A DNA stretch of 64,000 nt from Escherichia phage dhaeg: the sequence record MN850609.1; one strand, given 5' to 3'. This document shows, piece by piece, positions 1 to 8,404 of this stretch (positions are counted from its first letter, which is position 1; every line of letters starts with the position of its first letter). The notes under the pieces are model-generated. The model was not told the DNA's origin, searched no databases, and saw nothing but the letters and a program-made list of their open reading frames with translations. The translations under genes and the position numbers were made by a program.

Positions 1-43
1 TCATAATCGCTGGATGGTGGTTCGATTCCACCCAGGGCCACCA
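1..43 (+). tRNA. 3' portion of a tRNA (anticodon loop reads U-CAU-AA; Ile2/Met-like), truncated by window edge
   Basis: T-arm GGTGGTTCGATTCCACC, acceptor 3' strand + CCA at 41-43; anticodon CAT at 3-5. Confidence 0.5.
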
Positions 44-47
44 ATTT

Positions 48-122
48 GGATGTGTAGCTCAGTGGTAGAGCAGTTGACTGTTAATCAATTGGTCCATGGT
101 TCGAATCCATGCATGTCCGCCA
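48..122 (+). tRNA. tRNA-Asn (anticodon GTT)
   Basis: Cloverleaf by hand: acceptor GGATGTG/CATGTCC, D-arm GCTC..GAGC, anticodon stem GTTGA/TCAAT loop CTGTTAA, T-loop TTCGAAT, CCA end. Confidence 0.65.
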
Positions 123-126
123 AATA

Positions 127-202
127 CGAGGCATAGCTCAGAAGGAAGAGCAAGGACCTTCTAAGTCCTGGGTCGTAGGTTCGATCCCTACTGTCTCGAC
201 CA
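127..202 (+). tRNA. tRNA-Arg (anticodon TCT)
   Basis: Cloverleaf: acceptor CGAGGCA/TGTCTCG, anticodon stem AGGAC/GTCCT loop CTTCTAA, T-arm GTAGG-TTCGATC-CCTAC, CCA; T4 encodes tRNA-Arg(UCU). Confidence 0.8.
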
Positions 203-371
203 AACAAGAAACCGGGTCGCTACCGGTAAGTCGTCGGACTGAAGTTCCCTGAATAAGACCCGACTTTAAGGCGTACATGAGTTCCTCTTAAAGTCCCTTA
301 TCTCACAGCTGAAACGGCGCACCGAACACTTGCCTAGCAGGTGGAACCCCGACAAGGTTACCCTAGGTTAA
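203..371 (+). ncRNA. Candidate small stable RNA co-transcribed downstream of the tRNAs
   Basis: No ORF, GC-richer than surroundings, lies between tRNA-Arg and an intrinsic terminator; T4 encodes stable RNAs of unknown function next to its tRNA cluster. Confidence 0.3.
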
Positions 372-400
372 AGGCCCTTCCGAAAGGTTGGGCCTTTTTT
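372..400 (+). terminator. Rho-independent terminator
   Basis: AGGCCC...GGGCCT hairpin followed by TTTTTT. Confidence 0.65.
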
Positions 401-401
401 G

Positions 402-409
402 TATAAATA
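402..409 (+). promoter_or_regulatory. T4-type late promoter box TATAAATA
   Basis: Exact TATAAATA about 29 nt upstream of the Ip-like gene start. Confidence 0.5.
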
Positions 410-437
410 GATAAGTTAATTAACACAGGAAACAATA

Positions 438-1061
438 ATGAAAACTTACAATGAATTTTTGAACGAAAGCGTTCTGACTGAAGCCAGCGTGCGCATGACT
501 AAAGATATGTGGCAAGCTGCTTATGATAAAATTTCCGGGACTAAAACCACTACCGAGTTCTTTAAAAACGTTTATGATATGTATGGTTTTGATACTAGTA
601 ACCAGAAAGAATATTACAAAGCTTCCAAAGCTTTTAAAGATATCGTAGCCGGTGGCGCTACTAAACCTGCTAAACCAGCTAAAGCTCCTGTTGCTAAACC
701 TGCAGCCCCAACCAAAGTTGCACCACCTAAACCTGCGGCAGCACCTAAAGCAGAGCCTGTAAAAGAAGCTCCTAAACCTAAAATCAAGTTCGACACCAGC
801 ACTATTGTTAAAAAATATAACCAACTGGCTTCTTTGGTTTCTGAAATAGAATCCGAAACTAAACACCTTGTTCGTGAATTCAATGTTCTTCGTAACGGTC
901 AACACATTAACAACCTGGACACACCAGACCTTTATCGTCTCTATCTGACGGTTGAAGGCCTTAAGTACACCCAGCCTATGCGCGAAGAAATTGACAACAA
1001 ACTTCGTCAAGCACGCCGACTGGCCGGTGACGCAGCTCAGTTCGAAAAGACTCGTAAATAA
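438..1061 (+). CDS. Internal head protein (IpIII-like) with capsid-targeting N-terminus and Lys/Ala/Pro-rich basic region
   Basis: N-term MKTYNEFLNE resembles T4 internal-protein CTS (MKTYQEF..E cleavage context); KPAKPAKAPVAKP repeats; late promoter upstream; SD AGGAAAC. Confidence 0.55.
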   Translation: MKTYNEFLNESVLTEASVRMTKDMWQAAYDKISGTKTTTEFFKNVYDMYGFDTSNQKEYYKASKAFKDIVAGGATKPAKPAKAPVAKPAAPTKVAPPKPAAAPKAEPVKEAPKPKIKFDTSTIVKKYNQLASLVSEIESETKHLVREFNVLRNGQHINNLDTPDLYRLYLTVEGLKYTQPMREEIDNKLRQARRLAGDAAQFEKTRK

Positions 1062-1063
1062 TG

Positions 1064-1086
1064 AAAGGAGACTTCGGTCTCCTTTT
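1064..1086 (+). terminator. Rho-independent terminator (UUCG tetraloop)
   Basis: GGAGAC-TTCG-GTCTCC followed by TTTT. Confidence 0.6.
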
Positions 1087-1120
1087 AGGGGGTTTAAACT
1101 AAAAATAATTTCACAAAGTT

Positions 1121-1164
1121 GTTTACACCTCCTTTAAACGTGATACTATAGACCTATCAAAACA
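1121..1164 (+). promoter_or_regulatory. Early promoter cassette (PeSL-like): -35 GTTTAC, N17, extended -10 TGaTACTAT, conserved AGACCTATCAA box
   Basis: GTTTAC 1121-1126, TACTAT 1144-1149; element repeated about 20 times in window. Confidence 0.6.
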
Positions 1165-1184
1165 ACAGAGTGAAGGAGAGTAAA

Positions 1185-1448
1185 ATGGATAATTATGGTG
1201 AATTGTTTAATTTCTTTATGAAATGCGTTCCTGAAGAATTTGGTGCTACTGTTAACGATATTAAGGTTATAGGTGATGACCATCCCATATTTGAAACCTA
1301 CGCAGTAATGGGTAATGACGATGGACAGTGGTATACCGTAAAGGTTGTGGTTAATATGTTTGCTGCCGAAGGGTACGTCAAATTGTCTACCAAAGTTTAT
1401 CACGATAACGATTTTGATGCGGAAGATTATTTCAATAATATGAAATAA
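1185..1448 (+). CDS. Hypothetical small protein
   Basis: ATG with SD GAAGGAGAG; track ORF 1170 starts at GTG inside the SD. Confidence 0.6.
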   Translation: MDNYGELFNFFMKCVPEEFGATVNDIKVIGDDHPIFETYAVMGNDDGQWYTVKVVVNMFAAEGYVKLSTKVYHDNDFDAEDYFNNMK

Positions 1449-1505
1449 TTGTTTACACGGGCTCATGATTGAGATATTATGAGCCCGTAATTTGAGGAGA
1501 GCATA

Positions 1506-1904
1506 ATGAATATCGAAGATAAAGAAATGCAAGAGTTGTATAATTCATTAACGCCTGAACAACAAAAAGCTGCCAAAGAATTAGAGAAAGCTCTTACTTT
1601 CAGCTTGGCAAAAACTGATTGGGCCGCCATGTATGAAGAAAAAAGGAGATCGGAAATTGAAGCTGTCGAGAGAAATGAATGGATTGTAGAAACCAAGATT
1701 TCTGATGGTGGTTGCTCTGTTGAGGTGTCAGCTGTGGTTAAAGGTACTCATGGTGAAAAATCACTAGGTTGGCATAATGAGGCAAACAAATATATTGTTC
1801 TCTCAACGTCAAAAACTTATGGTCAAAGGGTTCCTGTATCCAAAGCTATTATTAAGCAAGCTCAATGGGAAGCCAATGAAATTTGCCTAGCAAAAATGAA
1901 ATAA
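1506..1904 (+). CDS. Hypothetical protein
   Basis: ORF with SD GAGGAGAGCATAATG. Confidence 0.65.
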   Translation: MNIEDKEMQELYNSLTPEQQKAAKELEKALTFSLAKTDWAAMYEEKRRSEIEAVERNEWIVETKISDGGCSVEVSAVVKGTHGEKSLGWHNEANKYIVLSTSKTYGQRVPVSKAIIKQAQWEANEICLAKMK

Positions 1905-1906
1905 AA

Positions 1907-1937
1907 TGTTTACAACCCTCAGAGGACAGGGTATAAT
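1907..1937 (+). promoter_or_regulatory. Early promoter (GTTTAC -35, TATAAT -10 embedded in inverted repeat GAGGACA/TGTCCTC)
   Basis: GTTTAC 1907-1912, TATAAT 1932-1937 flanked by a 7-bp inverted repeat. Confidence 0.5.
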
Positions 1938-1980
1938 GTCCTCATGGATTACAAAATATCAACCGACTGAAGGAAATACT

Positions 1981-2574
1981 ATGAACACTTTAAAGAAAAT
2001 CGTTGAATTCATCCGTTCTAAACTGGGTACCGCAATGACTCAGAACCTGTCAATCGAAGACCAGTATACTAAAGCTGCTTCTACCCTGATTGATAAAATT
2101 ACTGAACTCCAGACTGCTCATGTTAAGTCTGTGAATGAAGAAAAACGTATTCGCGAGTTAGCGAATGAAAAAGACCAACTCGCCGCTTCAAAAGAGCGTG
2201 AAATTCGTAAACTGATTAAAGAAGGCGCCGATGTCCAGGTGCATGCTAAACTTGGCCTCCTTTATCGTCGTACAGCTAATCAACTTCGTAAGAAAGCAGA
2301 CGATTATATCGAAATGCGTAATGAAATTAAACTGAAGGTCAAGGAACTTGATGACTCTCGTCAAGAACTGGCTGTTAAGCTCGAGTACATCCGTGAAACT
2401 CGTAATATGGCTGCCCTTGGTATTGCTACTGCCGATGATGTGGTTGAAATCGCTGCACTGACTAAGATTGATATTGAAGATACCCTGCTGCGTGTAGAAA
2501 CGTTTAAAGGCCCACAAGTTGGAATGGATACGACTTCAGCCGATATCGAAGACTACATTAATTCACTTAAGTAA
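1981..2574 (+). CDS. Hypothetical coiled-coil protein
   Basis: ATG 1981 preceded by SD GAAGGAAAT; track start 1906 lies inside the promoter; heptad-rich, charged sequence. Confidence 0.6.
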   Translation: MNTLKKIVEFIRSKLGTAMTQNLSIEDQYTKAASTLIDKITELQTAHVKSVNEEKRIRELANEKDQLAASKEREIRKLIKEGADVQVHAKLGLLYRRTANQLRKKADDYIEMRNEIKLKVKELDDSRQELAVKLEYIRETRNMAALGIATADDVVEIAALTKIDIEDTLLRVETFKGPQVGMDTTSADIEDYINSLK

Positions 2575-2581
2575 TATTACC

Positions 2582-2604
2582 GGGAGACTTCGGTCTCCCT
2601 ATTT
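2582..2604 (+). terminator. Hairpin terminator (weak T-tract)
   Basis: GGGAGAC-TTCG-GTCTCCC then TATTT. Confidence 0.45.
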
Positions 2605-2622
2605 GGAGGAGAGGAGAATATT

Positions 2623-3177
2623 ATGAGTTTATATGATAACCTTATATCAAATATTGATTGGTTTAAAAATAGTGGTCTTTCCCATGAAACCAATTCAGTT
2701 CTTTATAGAATTCGCCAAGACCTAGGCTATTCAAACGATTTCTTAAGCAGAACATCTAGCCGTGGCGATACTACCAAATTACCTTTTATTTTTGCTTTAG
2801 CTGAAGACCTTTCTTTTGAAGATGCTTTGGAAATTATTGACGTAAATCTGGCTATTCAACGAGTGGAATTCGCTGGACTACGTTATTCAGTATATTCTTT
2901 AAATGAGAGCAATGATTGCGTGCTTCTTAATATGGCAGACGATGATTACCATTTAGTATGCTATGTGGCTTTAGAAAATGGTGATGTATTTGGAATGGTC
3001 GACCGCCGCCCAACTTATACTGATATTAAAAATTATGATAAAGATGAGCTTCTTGATTTGGCGGCTGAGTACACATTAGAGAGTCGTAAACGGAAACGTA
3101 AGCTTAATCGTTTTATTGCTGAATGTCGTGAATATGCTAAAGGGGTTCAAAATGCGAACGTTATATCTGCCAAGTAA
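2623..3177 (+). CDS. Hypothetical protein
   Basis: SD GGAGGAGAGGAGAATATTATG. Confidence 0.65.
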   Translation: MSLYDNLISNIDWFKNSGLSHETNSVLYRIRQDLGYSNDFLSRTSSRGDTTKLPFIFALAEDLSFEDALEIIDVNLAIQRVEFAGLRYSVYSLNESNDCVLLNMADDDYHLVCYVALENGDVFGMVDRRPTYTDIKNYDKDELLDLAAEYTLESRKRKRKLNRFIAECREYAKGVQNANVISAK

Positions 3178-3511
3178 ACCAGAAAAATTTGTATACGCAG
3201 ACAAGATTGATAAAGACCTTATGCCTCCATTTGGGGCTCTGTCCATGTGCATCGTTGGAATTATAATGATGGTTGTTTGTGGAGATATGAATATCATCAG
3301 TGTTGGAGTCGCCTGGACGCTAGTAATTACAGCTCCTTTTATTACAGTCCTGTGTATGGTATTGATAAATGTGTGGCATCAAAATCATATGAATAAAGGA
3401 TATCGTGGGCGAGTTAAAGAGTGGGAACAAAAATGTGTTTCCCTACAAGAAGAGCACAAAATTAAATGTGCCGAAGAATTTATTAAGGAGGTTCGTAATG
3501 GAACGGCCTAA
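3152..3511 (+). CDS. Hypothetical membrane protein
   Basis: ATG 3152 after SD AGGGG; two long hydrophobic segments. Confidence 0.5.
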   Translation: MRTLYLPSKPEKFVYADKIDKDLMPPFGALSMCIVGIIMMVVCGDMNIISVGVAWTLVITAPFITVLCMVLINVWHQNHMNKGYRGRVKEWEQKCVSLQEEHKIKCAEEFIKEVRNGTA

Positions 3512-3851
3512 TCTTGCATCACATGTTTATCAATTGGCTGAATATGATATTGGTGCCAATTTATTATTAGGGATTGCCACCGGTATGCTTGGCGGCTTGG
3601 TTGGTCTGGTAATGACCACGGTTATGGCTGCAATCGAGGGAGTCATGCCCATTGAGATGGGTTTCTATATGATAATCGCTCCGGCTGTCGTGGCTTATTT
3701 TATCCCTCTAGTGTATGATATTTGCCATACAAATGCTTTGAATGCTCCCATCCGTAAGAGATATGCTTTAGAGATGGCTAATTATAATGAGTATGTAAAA
3801 CAAACCAAACGTAATGACCTTGAAACCTTTATTAAGGAATGTAAATCATGA
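3498..3851 (+). CDS. Hypothetical membrane protein
   Basis: ATG 3498 after SD AAGGAGG; hydrophobic segments LLLGIATGMLGGLVGLVMTTV and YMIIAPAVVAYFIPLV. Confidence 0.55.
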   Translation: MERPNLASHVYQLAEYDIGANLLLGIATGMLGGLVGLVMTTVMAAIEGVMPIEMGFYMIIAPAVVAYFIPLVYDICHTNALNAPIRKRYALEMANYNEYVKQTKRNDLETFIKECKS

Positions 3852-4138
3852 ATAAAATTGAAATTGAAATCCCTGAATACAACGACGAGAAATCTGCAGA
3901 AAAAGCTATCTATGCTCTTCTGAATAAAGTAGATATCATCGAATCCAAATGTGAAGCTATTGCCGATAAGTACGGTATTCAATTCGGAACAGGTGATTAT
4001 GGCTCAGGACGTACATACTATCCGGTCGGTTATGAATGCTCCCAGTGGTTTAAAGATGAAATTGAAAACAATGGCGGTGAAGTTGAAAATGGCGTCGTTA
4101 CAGTTGGTGCCTGGGTCTCCTCTTCGGCAATGTGCTAA
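3848..4138 (+). CDS. Small protein, member 1 of tandem family with C-terminal W-x-SSS-x-x-C tail
   Basis: ends ...GAWVSSSAMC; SD+ATG; shares ADKY...GDY motif with member 2. Confidence 0.65.
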   Translation: MNKIEIEIPEYNDEKSAEKAIYALLNKVDIIESKCEAIADKYGIQFGTGDYGSGRTYYPVGYECSQWFKDEIENNGGEVENGVVTVGAWVSSSAMC

Positions 4139-4147
4139 GGAAAAGCT

Positions 4148-4429
4148 ATGATGAATGATAATCATAACCATCCAGAGCTTCTGGCCGCAGTAAAAGAAAT
4201 TCATGAAGCTATTCGTCGTGCCGAGGAAATTGCAGATAAATATGAGACTCATTTTAATATATACCCTGCTCGCGGTATGGGCGGTGACTATTATTCTCCT
4301 GGCGCCTTGAAAGCTGACCTTGCCCATTGGGAAGAAGATGGTCATCCTGAATGGGCTATTGTTAATACTCATGACTATACAACTGACCTCGCAACTGGCG
4401 GTTGGGTGTCCTCTTCTTCTGAATGTTAA
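4148..4429 (+). CDS. Small protein, member 2 of W-x-SSS-x-x-C family
   Basis: ends ...GGWVSSSSEC; SD TAAGGAAAAGCTATG. Confidence 0.65.
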   Translation: MMNDNHNHPELLAAVKEIHEAIRRAEEIADKYETHFNIYPARGMGGDYYSPGALKADLAHWEEDGHPEWAIVNTHDYTTDLATGGWVSSSSEC

Positions 4430-4438
4430 GGAAATATT

Positions 4439-4636
4439 ATGTCTCGTGAATTAGATTGTGCAATCCGAACTGCCGCGGCGGCAATTGAAAACGTTATTCA
4501 AATTTGTAAAGAAGAACGCGAAGAAGCTGATATCTATATTGATGGTGCTCGTGACTTAGAACGACATATAACGCTTTATAACGGTTGTATTACTATTAGT
4601 GGTACCTCTTGGGTGTCCTCTTCTTACGAATGCTAA
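4439..4636 (+). CDS. Small protein, member 3 of W-x-SSS-x-x-C family
   Basis: ends ...TSWVSSSYEC; SD TAAGGAAATATTATG. Confidence 0.65.
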   Translation: MSRELDCAIRTAAAAIENVIQICKEEREEADIYIDGARDLERHITLYNGCITISGTSWVSSSYEC

Positions 4637-4645
4637 GGTAATAAA

Positions 4646-4858
4646 ATGACTATTGATGAAATTGAAAAACAAATCCGTGAATTAGTACGTAAAGGCCAGT
4701 CCGTGGCTGATGAAACAGGTGAAGAATTTTATGTTTCTGGACGCGGTCAATACATTTCTCCAAAGAATCCAGAATATGATGATTACGAATGGGTCCGTGA
4801 TGACTACGGTATCCCAGAAGGTGAAGGTTTCTGGTTTAGCTCCTCTATGTCTTGCTAA
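4646..4858 (+). CDS. Small protein, member 4 of W-x-SSS-x-x-C family
   Basis: ends ...GFWFSSSMSC; SD TAAGGTAATAAAATG. Confidence 0.65.
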   Translation: MTIDEIEKQIRELVRKGQSVADETGEEFYVSGRGQYISPKNPEYDDYEWVRDDYGIPEGEGFWFSSSMSC

Positions 4859-4868
4859 GGAATAAAAA

Positions 4869-5093
4869 ATGTCTAATATTAATGAATTGGAAAAAGCAGC
4901 TCTTGAACTGGCTGCGCTGTATAAGAAAGTAAAAGATATGGCTTCTGCCCAGGATTTTGGTGTTGAGCTAGATGATTACGACGGTGAAGTTCGTCTTGAA
5001 GATTGGCTGAATAGCTCTTGTTATGGTGAAGAAGCTGGTCGTACCTTCGTTGCTCGCTCCGATGGTAAAATCTGGTACCCGAGCTCATGCTAA
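4869..5093 (+). CDS. Small protein, member 5 (diverged) of W-x-SSS-x-x-C family
   Basis: ends ...KIWYPSSC; SD TAAGGAATAAAAAATG. Confidence 0.6.
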   Translation: MSNINELEKAALELAALYKKVKDMASAQDFGVELDDYDGEVRLEDWLNSSCYGEEAGRTFVARSDGKIWYPSSC

Positions 5094-5314
5094 AATTAAA
5101 GAAAAGATACATTCGTAAAATAAATGGTCTTCGCGATTATGCCAAAGGTTGGCCGTTAAGTATTATTATGGCTGATAGACACCCACGTTATAATACCGAG
5201 TTGACCTATTATAAAAAGTATGATTCATATTGTCGGTCTAAAGCCGGTCGTTTAGATGGTTCTTATGAAGAATACTTTGGTAAAAAACCTACTCGTATTT
5301 CGTTAGGAAAATAA
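5087..5314 (+). CDS. Hypothetical basic protein (uncertain)
   Basis: ORF only; no clear SD. Confidence 0.3.
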   Translation: MLKLKKRYIRKINGLRDYAKGWPLSIIMADRHPRYNTELTYYKKYDSYCRSKAGRLDGSYEEYFGKKPTRISLGK

Positions 5315-5344
5315 TTTAGCCACACGGATGTGGTAGGAGGACTT

Positions 5345-5674
5345 ATGCACAAAGATTCAGTATTCAAATATCTTTTGAAAACAGATAAAGAATTCTATAT
5401 GAATGGGCAAGCTTTCTTGTTCGTCCGTGGTAAACGTGAGATGTTTTATAAATGCGACCTCTCAATGCACCATCATATGTATCATACCCACGGCGAGCCT
5501 ATACTAGGGTTCTCTGGTGACGAGACTAGACACATAGCTATGTACTATGACCATTTTAAGCTCAATGATTGTGGTGACAACGCTTTGGTCTGGAACCCAT
5601 CTTGGAGACGTTGGGATACAGTAGACAGCGATAAATTATTTTTAGAATATTGCAGAAGTGATGTACAACTCTAA
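5345..5674 (+). CDS. Hypothetical protein (His-rich segment)
   Basis: ATG 5345 after SD GGAGGA. Confidence 0.55.
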   Translation: MHKDSVFKYLLKTDKEFYMNGQAFLFVRGKREMFYKCDLSMHHHMYHTHGEPILGFSGDETRHIAMYYDHFKLNDCGDNALVWNPSWRRWDTVDSDKLFLEYCRSDVQL

Positions 5675-5718
5675 AAACTTGTGTTACTATTACCTTACAC
5701 AAACATGAGGGGAACATT

Positions 5719-5958
5719 ATGTGGTATTATTCTCCACTGTCTGATAAGTCTGATGAGCCGGTACGCATTAGTCGTGCCAAGTTTAAAAAGATTTATGGCT
5801 TTGCCTATAAGAAGTCTGATTACGGTGTTCGTTTTGAAGATGCCCACTGTATCAACGACCCTTATGCAGAAGAAATCTCTAATGAGATAATTCCTATCAT
5901 TAAGAATAATTCTGATGATATGTGGGAATTGCATAACGATTACGTTGCTGAAATTTAA
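5719..5958 (+). CDS. Hypothetical small protein
   Basis: SD GAGGGGAACATTATG. Confidence 0.6.
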   Translation: MWYYSPLSDKSDEPVRISRAKFKKIYGFAYKKSDYGVRFEDAHCINDPYAEEISNEIIPIIKNNSDDMWELHNDYVAEI

Positions 5959-5979
5959 GTTTACTCTGAGGAAAATATT

Positions 5980-6147
5980 ATGTATAATGTTCTTATTGTT
6001 TTTGTTACTCACCCACAAGGTGGCGTAAGGCAGAATACTTCCCAAGTGGTCCAATTTTCTTCACTAGAGGCTGCTAATCTAGCCGCAACGCGTATTGAAG
6101 CAAAAAAATCTGAACTGGGTAAATATGAAGTAACTCGTCTTTATTAA
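5980..6147 (+). CDS. Hypothetical small protein (55 aa), below ORF-track cutoff
   Basis: SD GAGGAAAATATTATG identical to neighbouring genes; fills gap before 6161. Confidence 0.45.
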   Translation: MYNVLIVFVTHPQGGVRQNTSQVVQFSSLEAANLAATRIEAKKSELGKYEVTRLY

Positions 6148-6160
6148 TGAGGAAAATATT

Positions 6161-7120
6161 ATGATGCTAGTTATTGGTTCTCGTGCACTGCACCACGCTG
6201 GTCTGATTGAAAGTAAGTATATCGAAAATTCTGATTGGGATTTTATTGCCGACCAGGGGTCATGGAATAATTTTAAAGCACAGATGTTTGGCGCCCATGT
6301 ACACGTAGACAACCCTGACGTCCAGGCTTTTAAATGCATGCACAACGGTAAAGAAACCTATTTTGAAGCTTATATCGTCCGCGCCTTGACTAACGTACGT
6401 GAAATTACCGGCGAACTCCAAGATGAGGATTTCACCTCAAGCTACCGCCTTCTGAATTATGCTAAAACACATATTAAGAAAGATCGGATGACGGGTTTCT
6501 ATTGGGCCACGCCTGATATCTGTCTGGCCATCAAAATGAGCCATCGTTATTTGAAGAACAACCCTTTCTTTTTGAAGACGATGTCCCACATCAAATACCT
6601 TCGTAATAAAGGTGTAACCTTGAATGAAGAGCTCCAAGAAATCATGCTGCAACGTCAGAAAGAAACGTTGAGCTATTCTCATCCTAAATTAGATGTAAAC
6701 AAATCATCGTTCTTTAATGATACCATCTATACATTAGACCACGACTCTATTCATGAAGCTGTGGCATTAGCCGGACGCCCAGCGTATACCTTTTATATGA
6801 AAGATGGTTCTGAAGTCATGACCTCTCGTGAGAAGTTTGAAGCTTTGCCTGAAGCTATTAAACTGGCAGGGGTTTATGAAGAAGCATGTGTACTTGCTCT
6901 AGAGCGTTCGCAGGTTCCTAATGACTTTAATATCCCAGCAGCCACAAGTTTCTATATGGCTCTTGAGAAAGTGTGCACCTCAATCACTTCAGGTTGGTTC
7001 CGTGAGTATGCCTGGGAAAACTACCAAGCTGTAGTGAATATGTATAGGACCCTAGGTGAAAGTGACTACATCAACCGGTTTAAGCGTAATCAACATTTAA
7101 TTCGTCCTTTCGAAAAATAA
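6161..7120 (+). CDS. Hypothetical protein (319 aa), accessory region
   Basis: Long ORF, SD GAGGAAAATATTATG; no motif confidently recognised. Confidence 0.7.
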   Translation: MMLVIGSRALHHAGLIESKYIENSDWDFIADQGSWNNFKAQMFGAHVHVDNPDVQAFKCMHNGKETYFEAYIVRALTNVREITGELQDEDFTSSYRLLNYAKTHIKKDRMTGFYWATPDICLAIKMSHRYLKNNPFFLKTMSHIKYLRNKGVTLNEELQEIMLQRQKETLSYSHPKLDVNKSSFFNDTIYTLDHDSIHEAVALAGRPAYTFYMKDGSEVMTSREKFEALPEAIKLAGVYEEACVLALERSQVPNDFNIPAATSFYMALEKVCTSITSGWFREYAWENYQAVVNMYRTLGESDYINRFKRNQHLIRPFEK

Positions 7121-7133
7121 TTGCATAAAACAG

Positions 7134-7172
7134 TGTACAAGGTCTATAGGTGTGATACTATAGACCTATCAA
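7134..7172 (+). promoter_or_regulatory. Early promoter cassette (variant -35 GTGTAC; TGaTACTATAGACCTATCAA)
   Basis: TACTAT 7156-7161, conserved box follows. Confidence 0.5.
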
Positions 7173-7198
7173 AACAACAGAGTGAAATGGAGAATAAA

Positions 7199-7411
7199 AT
7201 GAAACTTTCTAACCAAGCAATCAACATGTTAAACGAAGTTCGTGCAGCTGGTGCTAAATGTCTGATGGTTAACACTCGTGACGGTGACCTTCGTCAAGCA
7301 TTTGGTGAATTGAAATCTGCTGACCTGGTTAAATGTTCGGTTGGTATCGGTAATGCACTTCGTGTATCCTTATCCCCTAAAGGTAAAATGTACTTTTTCA
7401 ACAAAAAGTAA
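7199..7411 (+). CDS. Hypothetical small protein
   Basis: ATG 7199 after SD GGAGAA; track start overlaps promoter. Confidence 0.6.
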   Translation: MKLSNQAINMLNEVRAAGAKCLMVNTRDGDLRQAFGELKSADLVKCSVGIGNALRVSLSPKGKMYFFNKK

Positions 7412-7450
7412 TATACATTCTCGTAAGATATGTTATTATAGACCTATCAA
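7411..7450 (+). promoter_or_regulatory. Degenerate early promoter cassette (TGTTATTATAGACCTATCAA)
   Basis: -10 TATTAT 7434-7439 plus conserved AGACCTATCAA box. Confidence 0.4.
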
Positions 7451-7476
7451 AACAAATGAGTGAATTGGAGAATAAA

Positions 7477-7707
7477 ATGAAAGCCATCATGAGTGTTTTA
7501 GCCCTGAGCTTGGTTGCTTTAGCTGCAGTTCCTTTTATTGTTGATGTTGGAGACGAAACACAAGTTGAATCCTCAATCGTTGTCAGTAAAGATGGTACAT
7601 CGGTTAAGATCGGTAATAATCTCCATATGAATCCTAATGGTACTTTAGGTGTTCAGCTCGGTAACACATGTGTAAGCACAACTGGTAAAGTTAATACTTG
7701 CTTCTGA
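7477..7707 (+). CDS. Small secreted protein (signal peptide)
   Basis: ATG 7477 after SD GGAGAA; N-term MKAIMSVLALSLVALAAVP. Confidence 0.6.
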   Translation: MKAIMSVLALSLVALAAVPFIVDVGDETQVESSIVVSKDGTSVKIGNNLHMNPNGTLGVQLGNTCVSTTGKVNTCF

Positions 7708-7717
7708 GGAAAATATT

Positions 7718-8404
7718 ATGAACAGCCCAAAAACTTTTAATTCTCAAGCTCGTGCAGTAGGCGGTTTCGCTGGTAAAATTTCTAACGATAAAATCAAAAA
7801 CGAAACTATGTTCTTCAACAGCTCATTGGCTTTCGCTTTTGATAATGGTGGCCCTATTACTCGTAGCTTTATAATGAGTCTGCCGGATGATTGGAACACC
7901 GACCAGGTTGTATTTGATTCTCGGGTTCATATGCTGATGCCTGGTTGGTATCCTGCTATCCCAGGTTATCACCATGATGATGTACCACGCCCGGATATTC
8001 CGGTTGGTCAACACTTTATTACTGCAGGGCAACCTGATTATGATAACCCTCGATACCATTCTGAACATATTCTTGGTCTTGTTAACGCTGATGTGTGTCC
8101 TACTTATTTTGCAACCGGAACTGCACAATTTAGCCAGATTCCTGATGGCGAACTTATCTATCGCCAGTGGCATAAAGAAGTTCTGGAAAAAATTGAGTCT
8201 AATGAATTAACCAAGTGGGATGCTCCTGACCGTACATTGCTCCAGTTTGATTGGCAGACATGGCATACAGGTTCCCGTGCAGTAAGTAACGGATGGCGCT
8301 GGTTTGGTCGTGTGTCTCGTAATACCGACCGTGTTAAAAAGATTACAAATGAAATCCGCGTTAATGCTCAAGTATATCTGGAATTCCCTATGGAGGGCTG
8401 GTAA
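7718..8404 (+). CDS. Hypothetical protein (228 aa)
   Basis: SD GAGGAAAATATTATG. Confidence 0.7.
   Translation: MNSPKTFNSQARAVGGFAGKISNDKIKNETMFFNSSLAFAFDNGGPITRSFIMSLPDDWNTDQVVFDSRVHMLMPGWYPAIPGYHHDDVPRPDIPVGQHFITAGQPDYDNPRYHSEHILGLVNADVCPTYFATGTAQFSQIPDGELIYRQWHKEVLEKIESNELTKWDAPDRTLLQFDWQTWHTGSRAVSNGWRWFGRVSRNTDRVKKITNEIRVNAQVYLEFPMEGW

Noticed and set aside
420-1010. Minus-strand ORFs embedded in + strand genes (420-1010, 614-883, 1146-1532, 1463-1696, 2188-2517 and most other '-' ORFs in the track)
   Set aside because: They overlap well-supported + strand genes, lack SD sequences, and have low-complexity or odd composition; typical antisense-frame artefacts. Only 52996-53196 was kept.
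952-1137. Plus-strand ORFs in alternative frames inside larger genes (952-1137, 3951-4151, 5681-5890, 7974-8210, 10487-10744, 20325-20552, 29529-29711, 30815-31012, 32276-32467, 33704-33943, 42741-42947, 43227-43490, 45306-45539, 47470-47655, 47749-47931, 48601-48810, 48973-49176)
   Set aside because: Fully nested in or heavily overlapping recognisable genes (gp43, gp46, gp47, gp41, uvsX, denV and others) without RBS; judged spurious.
1906-1980. Upstream starts given by the ORF track for several genes (1906, 7121, 7456, 19904, 24021, 38721, 42464 and others)
   Set aside because: The N-terminal extensions run through terminators and promoter cassettes and lack SD; downstream ATGs with good SD and, where known, T4 N-termini were preferred.
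1981-2574. PspA/IM30-like coiled-coil protein
   Set aside because: Only a general coiled-coil resemblance; no specific motif match, so left as hypothetical.
6161-7120. Nucleotidyltransferase-like G-S...D-x-D pattern near the N-terminus of the 319-aa protein
   Set aside because: Spacing between GS and DxD (about 18 residues) is longer than typical and there are no supporting motifs; not called.
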